A stretch of DNA of 64,000 bases from Vulcanimicrobiota bacterium (GCA_963714015.1 OY970223.1:3264001-3328000); one strand, 5' to 3'; counted from the stretch's first letter, positions 18,673 to 29,432 are shown. The notes: generated by a model from the letters alone, not told the origin. Translations and numbers: made by a program.

Positions 18673-19686
18673 TTAGTCGCTGCTTTGGGGCCAAGGAGCC
18701 TTCCCGGAGAGCACGTCCTGTACGCGTACAGCCGGATATCCCACGCCGGCGTAAGCGCTGTCTTGCCACGCCCAAACTGCGAGATCCCGCATCTCCATAG
18801 CGCCCGCTGCGAGACGTTCTGCCGCAAAAGTTCGTGCCTCGGCCGAACCGCCGGCGAAACCGCCGCGCTTTTCAATTTGGTAGAGCTGCGGCACGGTGCG
18901 GTCCGACGTCTCGAGGTACGACATGATCGCACGCATGACGCTCGTTTGCGGGAGCAGATCCTGCGGCACGGCGAGTTGTGACTGCAGCGACACCAGGCGT
19001 TCGACCTGCGCTTCGCCGACGAACCGGTCGACGAATGCGCTCTCGAACATCGAGTGCGTCTTGTGCGACTGCGTAAACCCGCCGGGATTCGGGAAATCGC
19101 CCCATCCGTTGAAGTGCACGGTAACGTGCAGCGGCTGGCTTCCATCGCCGACGAAGTGGCCCCACACGCCCAGGTCCTGCGCGATAACGCGTTGCATCAC
19201 ATCCCGCATGTGCGCCGCCGAAGGGTCGCGTCCGGCAGCGAAATCGTCGACACGCCAATATGCGAAATCTTGCCGCAACTGCTCCCAGCCGTCGAGAATC
19301 GCGTACGGAAGATAGCCTTGCCGATATTGATCGGTCTTGGCCGCGCGCAGTGCCGTATCGTACGCTTCACGATCCTTCGGCATGGCGGAGGCGTTGACGA
19401 CGCCGGCTACGGTGCCGTCGTCCAACAGGTCCACGTAATGCGCGGGATCCTCGTCGTCGTCCCATGACGACCCGGAACCCTTGATCCGGTCCATCTCCGG
19501 GCCTAAGTACGCAATTTCGAAAACGTCGGATTGCGAGCTGATGAAGGCAGGCATGCGTCCCGCGAATCCCAGCGCGGCAAGATGATTGATGATCGTATGC
19601 CCTTTACTGCCCCAGGCCCAAGCCGGCTGGGCGCACAAACCCGCGGCAAGGACGACTGCAGTGATAAAAAGATGAAGCGATTTCAT
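18673..19686 (-). CDS. Secreted S1/P1 nuclease family
   Basis: Signal peptide ending AWA then 'WGSKGH', 'HYVD', 'GHFVGDGSQPLH', 'H..FES'. Confidence 0.88.
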   Translation of the reverse strand: MKSLHLFITAVVLAAGLCAQPAWAWGSKGHTIINHLAALGFAGRMPAFISSQSDVFEIAYLGPEMDRIKGSGSSWDDDEDPAHYVDLLDDGTVAGVVNASAMPKDREAYDTALRAAKTDQYRQGYLPYAILDGWEQLRQDFAYWRVDDFAAGRDPSAAHMRDVMQRVIAQDLGVWGHFVGDGSQPLHVTVHFNGWGDFPNPGGFTQSHKTHSMFESAFVDRFVGEAQVERLVSLQSQLAVPQDLLPQTSVMRAIMSYLETSDRTVPQLYQIEKRGGFAGGSAEARTFAAERLAAGAMEMRDLAVWAWQDSAYAGVGYPAVRVQDVLSGKAPWPQSSD

Positions 19687-19787
19687 GCCGCGCCGCTTCG
19701 AGGAGAATGGGCGAACCCTTGCCAAGAGCCCTCGTCGGCGCCGTCAAAATCGTCCAAGGGCCGGCGAGGCGAATTGTGGAGGGAAGT

Positions 19788-20726
19788 ATGCTTCGGTTGT
19801 GCGCGCTTGTTTTAGCGGCGATCTTGCTTGGCGCCGGCGCTGCGCAAGAATCTTTTCCCGTGGTCAACGTCATGCCGGCGTTCTGGCAAGCCTGGGACTC
19901 GACGCAAGGACAACCGGTTCAAGAGCGCGTCGCCAAGTTCAAGGCGCTGGTCATCCGCCCGAACATGGAGGTGTACGGATTCGACGAGTTTGCAAACATC
20001 GTCAGCAACGATAATCGCCTGGCGCGATACTTGGACCTGCTGGAACCGCACATTAGCCAAATGCGCCAAATAAGCCAAAATCTTCCCGATCAGATCGACG
20101 ACGCGGAAGCATCCTTCGCAAAACAGCTGCCCGACTTCGATTCGAGCCGGATCAAAGTGTATTTCATGCCGTCCTTTGGGATATTCAATGGTCAGACGCA
20201 CGATATCGGGCAAAAGGTCGGCGTTCTTTTCGGAGTCGACGAAATTGCAGCGAACGGCGGCCAAGAAAACATCGGCGTCGACGTTGCGCACGAGTTGTTT
20301 CACGTTTATCAATACGAAGCCCATCCGGGCGTGCGCAGCGATCAGGCGCGGCTATGGCAAGCGGTGTGGATTGAAGGGTCGGCAGCATGGGCGAGTCAGC
20401 AGCTCACGCCGGGCGCGACGGAAGCGCAGGCGTTAGGCGACGTTTTTACTCAGACGAATCCGGACGAGCGTAAGCAGCTCGCTTGCGATCTGCTCGACGA
20501 TTGGGATTCGCACAACCCAAGCATAATGGCGACCTACTTGCAAGCAGGCGTCGGCGAACGTTCCTTGCCGGCACGCGGCGGCTATCTTATCGGATACCTG
20601 GTCGCGCACCAACTGGCGAACGATAATCCATACAGCATCAGTCAAATCGGCAAGCTTCCATTCGACCGAGTCGAGCCGCGCATGCATGACGACGTGCGGA
20701 AAATCTGCGCCGGCAAACCAGTTTAA
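19788..20726 (+). CDS. Secreted putative Zn metallopeptidase (DUF2268-like)
   Basis: Signal peptide; 'AHELFH', 'WIEGSA', 'RGGYLIGY'. Confidence 0.75.
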   Translation: MLRLCALVLAAILLGAGAAQESFPVVNVMPAFWQAWDSTQGQPVQERVAKFKALVIRPNMEVYGFDEFANIVSNDNRLARYLDLLEPHISQMRQISQNLPDQIDDAEASFAKQLPDFDSSRIKVYFMPSFGIFNGQTHDIGQKVGVLFGVDEIAANGGQENIGVDVAHELFHVYQYEAHPGVRSDQARLWQAVWIEGSAAWASQQLTPGATEAQALGDVFTQTNPDERKQLACDLLDDWDSHNPSIMATYLQAGVGERSLPARGGYLIGYLVAHQLANDNPYSISQIGKLPFDRVEPRMHDDVRKICAGKPV

Positions 20727-21511
20727 TCCAGGGGGTTCGAATCGTCGCGAACTCCGGCGGCGCGCATCTCGAGACGGTGAAAGAACGTGCGGATGGGCGA
20801 AAGCTGTGGAGTGCAGCCCCATCCGTCGTACTTTCCGCCGTATTCAGCACCAATTTGCATTAATCTGCTGCGCACTGCGCCGAGTTCGTTCAACTCGATA
20901 GGCATAGTTCGCGTAACTTGTGCAGACGGAATTTCCGGGTAAATCGTCACTCGTCCGATGGCGGCCAACGCGTCGGCTGCATTGTTTGCATCTTCGGCTC
21001 GCTCGAAGTCGACGACAAAGTGCACTTCGCGGGGACGCTTTGGATTGTCGCCCAACTTCCCTAGTTGATAAAGCAGTTTAGAATCGGCGGAGAAGCCAAG
21101 CTGCTCTTCAGAGGGCAACATGGTGTCGTATTCTGACCAATTGGAGTGAACATTCCCTCCGATCTTCAGGTTCAGACCCGTCGCTTTGCCCAGCTTCTCT
21201 AGTTCGACGCTGATGCGCGCGCCCTCCGGAAGATAGGCCGCATAGGAGGCCGTAACGGCATCGACGCCCGTAAGTACTAGTGCGCCGCCGTGTTTAGCCG
21301 CTAGCTTTGAAAAATCGTCCTCAAACGGATACAGCGAACGGCTGAAGGCACTTTTCGAAGGAAAACCGCGAGCATCGACGTCAAAACCTTTAAGCCACGC
21401 GATGACCAGCTCTGGAAGATTAGCGCGTTCGTTTGAGTTCTGATATGCAAGGTCGATTTTTATGGCAATGGGGCGGCCATCACATCGCGCGATATAATTG
21501 ATCCAGTTCAA
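20723..21511 (-). CDS. DUF695/RraB-like protein
   Basis: 'W.NY....DGRP', 'GFPS', 'LGKLGDNPKRPREVHF', 'YGGKYDGWGC'. Confidence 0.65.
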   Translation of the reverse strand: MNWINYIARCDGRPIAIKIDLAYQNSNERANLPELVIAWLKGFDVDARGFPSKSAFSRSLYPFEDDFSKLAAKHGGALVLTGVDAVTASYAAYLPEGARISVELEKLGKATGLNLKIGGNVHSNWSEYDTMLPSEEQLGFSADSKLLYQLGKLGDNPKRPREVHFVVDFERAEDANNAADALAAIGRVTIYPEIPSAQVTRTMPIELNELGAVRSRLMQIGAEYGGKYDGWGCTPQLSPIRTFFHRLEMRAAGVRDDSNPLD

Positions 21512-22656
21512 CGACGTATTGCCTTCTGCATGCGGTCGACGGCCTCTTGAATGATTGCCGTGGACGTCGCAAAATTGAAGCGAGCAAAACCGGCGCCTTC
21601 CCGTCCGAAAAGCGGCCCCGGATGCAACGCCACTTTTCCGCGTCGAAGAAACTCACGCGCGGGATCGTCGCCCAGACCGAGCTCGCGGCAGTCGAGCCAT
21701 GCGAGAAATCCCGCTTCGGGCGGCGCGTACTTTATGGCCTGAAGTCCGGCCGCATCTAGAATCTGCCGTAACGCCCAGCGTTGACGATCGAGATGCCGGA
21801 TCACCCGATCGAGGAACGGAATTCCCTCGCTGAAAGCGGCGACGGTCGCCATCACGCCCAAATGTCCGCTGCGTTCGGTCATCGCTTTCGGTAATGCGTC
21901 GAGCGTGGCGCGTCCCCAATCGTCGCAGGCGACCGCCGCCGCGCACTTCAAACCCGCAATGTTCCAGCCTTTCGAGGCTGAGGTCAGCGTTATCGAATTC
22001 ACGCCGAATTCCGGAGCGACCGCCGCAAACGGAACGAATGTGGTTCCAGGAAGCGTAAGGGGCGCATGGATTTCGTCGCTGAGGACAATCGTTCCATATT
22101 TCCGCGCGAGTTCGGCAATGCGTTCGAGTTCGTTGCCGCCGTAGACCCGACCGACCGGATTGTGCGGATTACAAAGCAGAAAGACACTCGCGCCTTGCGC
22201 CATGGCGCGCTCGAGCGCGTCAAAGTCGAGATCGTAGCGTCCGTCCTTCTCGCTCAGCGGCGCTTCGATGACGCTGCAGCCGACCTCGCGGATGGTGCTG
22301 AAGAACGGCGGGTACACGGGCGGATTGATGACGACCGTATCGCCGGGCTTGCATAAGACGCGAAGAATTTCCGCCACGCCGACCATCACCTCGGGGATGA
22401 CGTGCACGTCTCGCGCGTCCACCGTCAACCCGTAGCGCGCAGCGGCAAACGAAGCGTACGCTTTACCGAGATCGGACGTCAGCGCGTAACCGAGATCGCC
22501 CTCGTCGATTGCCGCGCGAAGACGCTCCGCCACGACTTCCGGAACCGGAAAATCCGTTTCAGCGACAAATACGGGCAAGACGTCGGCGGGGTAGTGACGC
22601 CATTTTTCGCTCGTCCGTCTGCGCAGCGAGTTGAGGTCGATTTCGGCATCCATCAT
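21508..22656 (-). CDS. MalY/PatB PLP-dependent C-S lyase/aminotransferase
   Basis: 'SEKW', 'VAETDF', 'LCNPHNPVG', 'SDEIH', 'SASKGWNIAGLK'. Confidence 0.92.
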   Translation of the reverse strand: MMDAEIDLNSLRRRTSEKWRHYPADVLPVFVAETDFPVPEVVAERLRAAIDEGDLGYALTSDLGKAYASFAAARYGLTVDARDVHVIPEVMVGVAEILRVLCKPGDTVVINPPVYPPFFSTIREVGCSVIEAPLSEKDGRYDLDFDALERAMAQGASVFLLCNPHNPVGRVYGGNELERIAELARKYGTIVLSDEIHAPLTLPGTTFVPFAAVAPEFGVNSITLTSASKGWNIAGLKCAAAVACDDWGRATLDALPKAMTERSGHLGVMATVAAFSEGIPFLDRVIRHLDRQRWALRQILDAAGLQAIKYAPPEAGFLAWLDCRELGLGDDPAREFLRRGKVALHPGPLFGREGAGFARFNFATSTAIIQEAVDRMQKAIRR

Positions 22657-24564
22657 TGCGCGAAGAAGTCGGTCAGCTCGTCCAGATGCGTCAGGCGCTT
22701 TGCCGGAGGAAGCGCTCCGAGGATCGTGGCGCCGTAGCGCGAGGATGCGGCGCGGCCGTCCAGCAGCGCGACAAGTCCGCGATCGCTTTTACTGCGGATA
22801 AGACGGCCGAAACCTTGCTTCAATCGCACAATCGCCGAAGGAATCATGTAATGGTCGAAGCCGCTCTGGCCGCGCGCTTCAATGGATTCCACGCGGGCCT
22901 GCACCAGCGGATCTGCCGGGGACGGGAACGGCAGGCGATCGATGATGACGCACGAGAGCTGCTCGCCCACAACGTCGATGCCTTCCCAAAACGTTCCGGT
23001 TGCAAAGAGCACGGCGTTTGGCGTCGTGCGGAACCATTCCAGCAAACGCGTGCGGGGCAATTCGCCCTGCAGCCGAATCGGAAACGGTATCCGCTCGCGC
23101 ACAAGCGCGTAGACTTCGCGTAGACGCGCGTACGAGGTGAACAGCACGAAGGCACGGCCGCGGCTGCGATCCAGGCACTCCTCGACCACGGGCGCGGCGC
23201 GATGGGCGAAATCGGCAGACTTTGGATTGAGCTGCGGCGGCGCAAGATATAAGCGGGCTTGAACCGGATAATTGAACGGCGAAGGCGCAATCGAGCTCTT
23301 GCGCCTCGGGCACGCCGAGCGAGCGTTTGAGAAAGTCGAATGCGCCGCCTGCAACTGTTTTTGCGTTTGCGATAGTCGCGCTCGTGAGCACGACACTGGG
23401 AGTGCGCGCAAAAAGCGCCGCTTGTAAGAAGTCCGCAACGTCGAAGGGTGCGCTGTTGACTTCGTAGCGCGAGTCGTTTTCACCGCGTTCGACCCAGGCG
23501 ATAGCCGTCTCGGCGGGCTGCTGGGCGCGTTCGATCGTTGCCTGATGCGCCAGTATCGATCGCATCGCCAAATCCCGGCGGCGCTCGGCCTCGGCGTCAT
23601 TCTGCGGACGCCGTTTCAGGCCATCGTGCCAGTTCGCGTAAAGCCAGTTCTCCAAACGGTAGAACGAACTACGCAGCGACTCCAAAGCAGGCGATGCGTC
23701 TTCGTTTGCGTGAAGCGGGTAACGGTCACCCGGCACGCGCGCCAGCGCCGACTCCAAGCCGCGCATCCCGGCCTCGAGTTCCGTGTCGAAGTTCCCCGGC
23801 AGATTGTAAGAACGGTGCAGTTTGCGCAGCATACGCCCAACTGTTGACCGCGAAAGTGTAGCGGTGAGTGCTGCGGTCGCCCAGCGTTCGCATTGATGCG
23901 CTTCGTCCAATATGGCGAAATCGTACGGCGGCAGCAATCCGCCGCCCATCGCCAAATCGAGAAAGAACAGCGCGTGATTGACCACGACGACGTCGGCGAA
24001 CTTTGCTTCGTCGCGCTTGCGGAAGAAAAAGCAGTCGCGAAAATGCTCGCAGAACTCGCCGACGCAATCGTCGGCATCGGCATCGAGCTGCTCCCATTCC
24101 TCGCCCGGCGGCGAGAACGGGAGTTCTGCACGGTCTCCGGTTTCCGTACGCGCACCCCACTCCCAGAGCTGCTGCATGGTGCGCGAGGAGGCCAGTAAAC
24201 GCTCGGACTGCAAACGCTGCAGCTTCTGCTTGCAGAGGTAGTGACTTCGCCCTTTGAGCAGCGTAACACGCGCATTGACGTTCAGCGCCCGAGTCACGAG
24301 CGGGATGTCTTTTAAGAAGAGCTGCTCCTGCAGCGCAATCGTACCGGTGGAGAGTACGACTTTTTTGCCGCTGCGCAGCGCCGGGACGAGGTACGCAAGG
24401 GATTTGCCGACGCCCGTTCCGGCTTCGACGATCGTATGCATTCCTTCGAGGAAGCCGCGCTCGATGAGCTGCGCCATCTGCACTTGACCGGGACGCGCCT
24501 CAAATCCGTCCAGCGCGCGTTCGATCGGCCCGCCGGCCGCAAAAACGTCGTCAATTGCGATCAT
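22653..24564 (-). CDS. dinG: DinG/YoaA-family ATP-dependent helicase (frameshift near 23290)
   Basis: 'EAGTGVGKS', Fe-S Cys, 'DEAH', 'LTSAT'; then 'SPFNY', 'LFTSY', 'FWEGID', 'LPFPSP', 'QGFGRLIR'. Confidence 0.92.
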
Positions 24565-25198
24565 CGGGCGTTTCGAGATGAGATTCGTATTGCGCGCCGC
24601 TCGACGGATCGTAGACTTGAGCGTAGACCGGCTTGGGCGGAAAGTACACGAGATACGTAGCAATGAATCCCGCAATCAACCCACCGACATGGGCTTGCCA
24701 CGAGATGCCCGGAACTTCGAAACTAAAGACGAGGTTGACGACCAATATCCCGATATTCGCGCGCACGAGCTCCATGCCGCGTTTGCCGAGTTTAAATCCG
24801 ATCGCGAAGAGCGCACCGAATAAGCCGAAGATCGCGCCGCTCGCTCCGAGCGTGGCCACGTCCGGCGGTGAAAAATACACGACGCAAAAACCGCTGATCA
24901 CCATCGCTATGACGTACACAAACAGCATTCGGCCGGCGCCCATCGCCATTTCGATGAATCTGCCGAGCATCAGCAGCGAGAACATATTCACGCCGATGTG
25001 CAGAATACTGCCGTGGAGAAACGCGCACGTGACGATGCGGTAGTACTGGTGCCCCTGCAGGACGTATACCGGAACCAGCAAGCCTTGATCGATTGCCGTC
25101 CCGTTCGGAATGTTGCCGGTAAAAACGCCCATGCCGCCCACGCGCATCTCCCATAAGAAGCCCAGGACGTTGAGCGCGATCAGAATTCGAGTGATCAC
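24551..25198 (-). CDS. Rhomboid intramembrane serine protease
   Basis: 'YRIVTCAFLHGSILHIGVNM', 'GASGAIFG', 'AHVGG'. Confidence 0.93.
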   Translation of the reverse strand: MITRILIALNVLGFLWEMRVGGMGVFTGNIPNGTAIDQGLLVPVYVLQGHQYYRIVTCAFLHGSILHIGVNMFSLLMLGRFIEMAMGAGRMLFVYVIAMVISGFCVVYFSPPDVATLGASGAIFGLFGALFAIGFKLGKRGMELVRANIGILVVNLVFSFEVPGISWQAHVGGLIAGFIATYLVYFPPKPVYAQVYDPSSGAQYESHLETPDDRN

Positions 25199-25860
25199 TC
25201 GGTGACGAGGACCATGCGCGCGAGTTCGAGCGAGATGGCGTGACGCTGCTTCTCGACTTCCACCGTCATCGGACCGCCGAGCGGCGCTTTCGCATGCACG
25301 CGCACGGCGGCGCCCGGCCGCAAGCCGACGTCGCCGAGATAACGCAGCATCTCCGGGACTTCTTGCGTGACGCCTTGTACGACGGCGTCGCTCCCGATCT
25401 CCATCTGCGCGAGTGGAACGCCCGAGCGCCCGGGATCGCTGAGATCTTTGGGCGGAATCGGCAGGCCGTGGGGACATTCTTTGGGATCCCCCAGAACGTT
25501 AATCAAGCGCCCCTCTACGTTCTCGGAGATCGCATGCTCGAGCATGCACGCTTCTTGCTGAACTTCATCCCACGGCATGCCCAAAATCTGCGTCAGAAAA
25601 CACTCTGCAAGACGGTGCCTGCGAACCACGCGCACGCCGACCTCCAAACCTTTTTTGGTGAGCTTGACTTCCCCGCGCGCGACCTGTTCGAGATATCCGT
25701 CGGCGGCCAGCTTCTTCAACATCCCTGAGACCGATGCGGGCGCCACACCCAGTTCCGAAGCGAGGCCCGACGTGGAAACGCCTGGACCTTCCCGCTCTAG
25801 GCGATAGACGGCCTCGAGATACTCCTCCGTGGACTCGGCAAAATGGCTGTGGCCCGACAT
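25195..25860 (-). CDS. DtxR/MntR metal-dependent regulator with FeoA domain
   Basis: 'EEYLEAVY', 'RRHRLAECFL', 'EACMLEH', 'CPHGLPIP'. Confidence 0.93.
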   Translation of the reverse strand: MSGHSHFAESTEEYLEAVYRLEREGPGVSTSGLASELGVAPASVSGMLKKLAADGYLEQVARGEVKLTKKGLEVGVRVVRRHRLAECFLTQILGMPWDEVQQEACMLEHAISENVEGRLINVLGDPKECPHGLPIPPKDLSDPGRSGVPLAQMEIGSDAVVQGVTQEVPEMLRYLGDVGLRPGAAVRVHAKAPLGGPMTVEVEKQRHAISLELARMVLVTE

Positions 25861-25865
25861 GCTCC

Positions 25866-26927
25866 CTAGGACGTTCGACGTCGGCCCTGCGGTTCCAAGC
25901 CGGCGGCATCGATTGCCGCGTGCAATGCCGTTTTGCGCTCTTGCGGCGCAAAACCGGCATCGACGGCGTTGTGCGCAAATCGCAGCACGGCACCGCGGCC
26001 GGCGTGTTCTTCTACGTAAGCGTATTCACGCGTGATGCTCGTGCGGAAAAGGGCCGGATCGTCCGCGTCGATCACAATAGTGCACCCCGCGCGATCCAAC
26101 GCAACGAAGGGGTGCGGCCGGTCCCGAGAGGCGGCGCCGGTCAGGAAGTTCGAGGTTGGGCAGATCTCGAGGGGAATGCCCGAAGTGGACAGCAACTCAA
26201 CGACTTGCGGATCTTCCAATGCACGCACACCATGTCCGACGCGCTCAGCTCCAAGAATCTCGATTGCTGCGCGAACGCTCTGCGCTCCCGCAGCTTCTCC
26301 TGCATGCGCAACGCAGTGCAGCCCGTGCTTTCGCGCAAGTTCGAAGGGTTCCGCAAAAAGCTCGGCCGGGAAACGGGCTTCGTCGCCGCCCAAGCCGATG
26401 CCGATAACGCCCAGGCCTTGAAGATCAACTGCCAGCCGCGACGTGCGCATCGCGCTTTCCAAACCGAAATTCCGAGTAAGATCCGCGATGAACCGGACTT
26501 CGATCTGATTGCGATACGATTCGAAATGCTCGCGCATAGCCGCGATGCACGCAGCGACATCGATCGCCGGGTGAAAGAACCGCCAGACCGACGGCGAGAT
26601 GAACAATTCTGCGTAGTGCACGCTGTTTTCGAGTGCGTCCTCGACGTACTCGGCGGCAAGGCGGCCGTAGTCCTCAGGGTTGGCAAGCGAGCGGCTCACT
26701 GCCGCAAAGGTCATAAGGAACGCTCGAAAGTCGGAAAAGTCGTACACTGTTGCGGGATCCACCTCGTCGAGAGAGGCAGCAGGCAATGCCTCATCGCCCG
26801 GCGCGTAGGTCAGCGCAACCCCATGCCGGCGTGCCAGGTCCAGGAAGGTGTTCGGCCGCAGCGTCCCCTCCAGATGACAATGCAGCTGGACTTTGGGAAG
26901 GCGGCGCAGGAATTCATCGGTCGTCAT
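25866..26927 (-). CDS. add: Adenosine deaminase
   Basis: 'LPKVQLHCHLEG', 'HAGE', 'RVGHG', 'ICPTSN', 'ADDP'. Confidence 0.93.
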   Translation of the reverse strand: MTTDEFLRRLPKVQLHCHLEGTLRPNTFLDLARRHGVALTYAPGDEALPAASLDEVDPATVYDFSDFRAFLMTFAAVSRSLANPEDYGRLAAEYVEDALENSVHYAELFISPSVWRFFHPAIDVAACIAAMREHFESYRNQIEVRFIADLTRNFGLESAMRTSRLAVDLQGLGVIGIGLGGDEARFPAELFAEPFELARKHGLHCVAHAGEAAGAQSVRAAIEILGAERVGHGVRALEDPQVVELLSTSGIPLEICPTSNFLTGAASRDRPHPFVALDRAGCTIVIDADDPALFRTSITREYAYVEEHAGRGAVLRFAHNAVDAGFAPQERKTALHAAIDAAGLEPQGRRRTS

Positions 26928-26948
26928 CACGTATAACACGATTCGCGC

Positions 26949-27022
<74 letters not shown>

Positions 27023-27028
27023 CGACTC

Positions 27029-27064
27029 AATCCCCTTGTGGCCATTCACGAGGGGATTTTATTT
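27029..27064 (+). terminator. Intrinsic terminator after tRNA
   Basis: AATCCCCTTGTG-loop-CACGAGGGGATT followed by TTATTT. Confidence 0.8.
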
Positions 27065-27258
27065 AGAAAACCCTTGTCTCGAATGGGCCGGCCGCTATAC
27101 ATCGCGTTGTGGGCAGCCGCCTTCGCCTGCCGCGCACTCACCGCATGGTTTCCCGTCGCCGCGACGGCCATGGCTCGGTTTAGCGCGTGCTCACGCTCGC
27201 TCTTCTGGCCTGAGTGTTCGGAAGCGTAACGATGATCAGGCTTACGTGAGCACGGCTT

Positions 27259-27849
27259 TTACACATCCCAATAGCACTTGCGTGGCGCTACACCCATGAA
27301 ATTGTCGTTATGCCAGGGCGTCGGAACACGCTCCCGCGCGTATGCGGCGCGCGTGAAGTGCCCGATACAGCTGAAGTCTACATCTCCCGCCACAACCGCC
27401 ATGAGATGGCCCGTCGGTAAAGGCCCATCCTTATTCACGTAGGGCGCATAGGATAGGTTTGAACTGCCCAAGACCCAATACGATGTGCATATTGGAGCAT
27501 TATTTTGACAAGGCCCCTGCTGAAGTTCTTGATAGTAGAGCAGTAGCACACCCTCGTACTTCGTATACATCAACATCCGCCGCTTGACGGACAAACTCGC
27601 TTTAGCAACGCTCTTTACAACTCGCGCTTCTGCGGGAGACAGATGAACGCACTGGGTACGGTCGAAATTCGACGAATGACATGACGGCTCAGGCGGACCT
27701 TGAACGCAACGAGCGCGGTCGTAGTTCAAAGACGGGCATGACTGCTCAGGTAAGCCTTGAACGGCGTTCGATGGTTTTGGCATGCTCTGACCAACCGTAA
27801 TGACGGCGGTCAGCGCTAGAAGCGAAAATGCCGCAACGAAAAACTTCAT
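27259..27849 (-). CDS. Secreted Cys-rich hypothetical protein with 2 x 19-aa repeat
   Basis: Signal peptide MKFFVAAFSLLALTA; VQGLPEQSCPSLNYDRARC / VQGPPEPSCHSSNFDRTQC; lower GC. Confidence 0.7.
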   Translation of the reverse strand: MKFFVAAFSLLALTAVITVGQSMPKPSNAVQGLPEQSCPSLNYDRARCVQGPPEPSCHSSNFDRTQCVHLSPAEARVVKSVAKASLSVKRRMLMYTKYEGVLLLYYQELQQGPCQNNAPICTSYWVLGSSNLSYAPYVNKDGPLPTGHLMAVVAGDVDFSCIGHFTRAAYARERVPTPWHNDNFMGVAPRKCYWDV

Positions 27850-28349
27850 GCGCTGGAATTGTTCAAACGGTGCCCGTTGTTACCTTCGATAACGGAGTAC
27901 ACTCGCCGCGGGAGGGTATGCCGCGCACGACGTGTAGAAATCAGACACGGCAGAAAATTCTCCCCCGGAGCGGAACCAGAGTGACGAGAGCGATGGGGTA
28001 ATTGCGAGTGCCGCTAGAACATCTATGCTGCCAAATTGCGGTATTCGTATGCTGTGCATATGCGGTGTCGTTTACGCATACCACTCGCAAGGGTGACTCG
28101 CCCTCGTATCTGGCGGGACTGCGCTCTTATCTGATCGGCACGTGCAGATCGCATTCCGTGCCGACGGCACCGGGCAATGGGCAGGCCAACTCATATAGGT
28201 TCACACTTCCAACTTTTTGATGGAGGCCGATTAATTGCAACTGGCCGCCTTACGGGAGGCCCTTTTGACCACGAGATGGTGCTTCAGCGCGGTGCTCGGA
28301 GTGGGATGGAACGACGCGGCGGCAGACGTCGAGCACGGCGCCCGCAGAA

Positions 28350-28446
28350 GAGAAGCCTCCCAAGTCGGCACGTACGTTATGTCGGCAACCCAGAGCTGGT
28401 CCGGAGCGGCGCAGTCGACTGTTGCAGCCAGGAAACGCAATCGCAC
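28350..28446 (-). pseudogene. IS3-family transposase fragment
   Basis: 'APDQLWVADITYVPTWE' is the rve N2 motif; the rest of the transposase is absent. Confidence 0.75.
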
Positions 28447-28507
28447 CTATCGAGTATGCAACATTTGAGGCCATTCGCATCTCTTTCTGTTAGGATGGAG
28501 CCTTTCG

Positions 28508-29071
28508 TTGAATACTAGTCCGGCAATTGGGCCAGAGCTTATCGAACGCGCGTTAGCGGGTGGCAATGCCGACGTCGACCGTTTGATAGCAGCGGTTTGG
28601 CCGCACGCGTACCGGATTGCCTATGCAGTTCTGCGCGAGCGCAGTCTCGCTGAAGACGCCGCACAAGAATCGTGCGCAATTCTGATTGAGAAAATCGCGA
28701 CTTTGCGCAAGGCCGCATCGTTCGACGCCTGGTTTTACCGCATCGTTTACCGCGAAGCGCTCCGCCTTCACGGCCGGCACAACTCTCAGCTGAGGGGGCA
28801 CGCATTGGAGACTAACGCCGATGGTCCGGAGCGATCGCTCATGCGTATGGACGTATCCTACGCGCTCTCACAGCTGACGCCGGTTCAGCGCACGGCCATC
28901 GCGCTGAATGTCTATGCCGGCATGACCACTGCAGAAATTAGTCACATTCTCGGGCTGCCGCATTCGACAGTACGATCGCATATATTCCGAGGCAAGCAGA
29001 AGCTGGAAGAGATCCTGCGCGGCTACGGACCGACGACCCGCGCGATGAGGGAGGCTATTGCCGGTGCTTAA
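28508..29071 (+). CDS. ECF sigma-70 factor
   Basis: 'AYRIAYAVL..AEDAAQE', 'FDAWFYRI', region 4 'TAEISHILGLPHSTVRSHIFRG'. Confidence 0.9.
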   Translation: MNTSPAIGPELIERALAGGNADVDRLIAAVWPHAYRIAYAVLRERSLAEDAAQESCAILIEKIATLRKAASFDAWFYRIVYREALRLHGRHNSQLRGHALETNADGPERSLMRMDVSYALSQLTPVQRTAIALNVYAGMTTAEISHILGLPHSTVRSHIFRGKQKLEEILRGYGPTTRAMREAIAGA

Positions 29072-29432
29072 TGACATCGACTCGCGACTGCGGGAAGGAC
29101 TGGTTGTTCCTGTGCCGCGGCCTGAAATCTCCGCGATTCGACGCCGCGCCGACCGCCGCGCGTTTGAACGGTTGGCGCTGCGGCGATTGGCGACCCGCAT
29201 GTGTTGCGCGATCGCGATCGTAGCGTTTTCCGGCGGCGGATATGCGCACTTCATTCGACCGCGAACAAGCGTTGCACCAATCGCTGCCTCATCGGTGGCA
29301 TTCGCGCCGCCTCACACTGCGCCGCCGATTCTTGCAGGTCTGCAAGCAGTCACTATCCCCTCGGCATCCGGGACAAAAATCTCGCCCGCGCTCTTGACGC
29401 TTCCCGCGGCGTTGAATAGGAGCTTGCCATGA
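29058..29432 (+). CDS. Putative membrane anti-sigma factor
   Basis: Overlaps the ECF gene, GGAGG RBS, single TM 'MCCAIAIVAFSGGGY'. Confidence 0.5.
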   Translation: MPVLNDIDSRLREGLVVPVPRPEISAIRRRADRRAFERLALRRLATRMCCAIAIVAFSGGGYAHFIRPRTSVAPIAASSVAFAPPHTAPPILAGLQAVTIPSASGTKISPALLTLPAALNRSLP

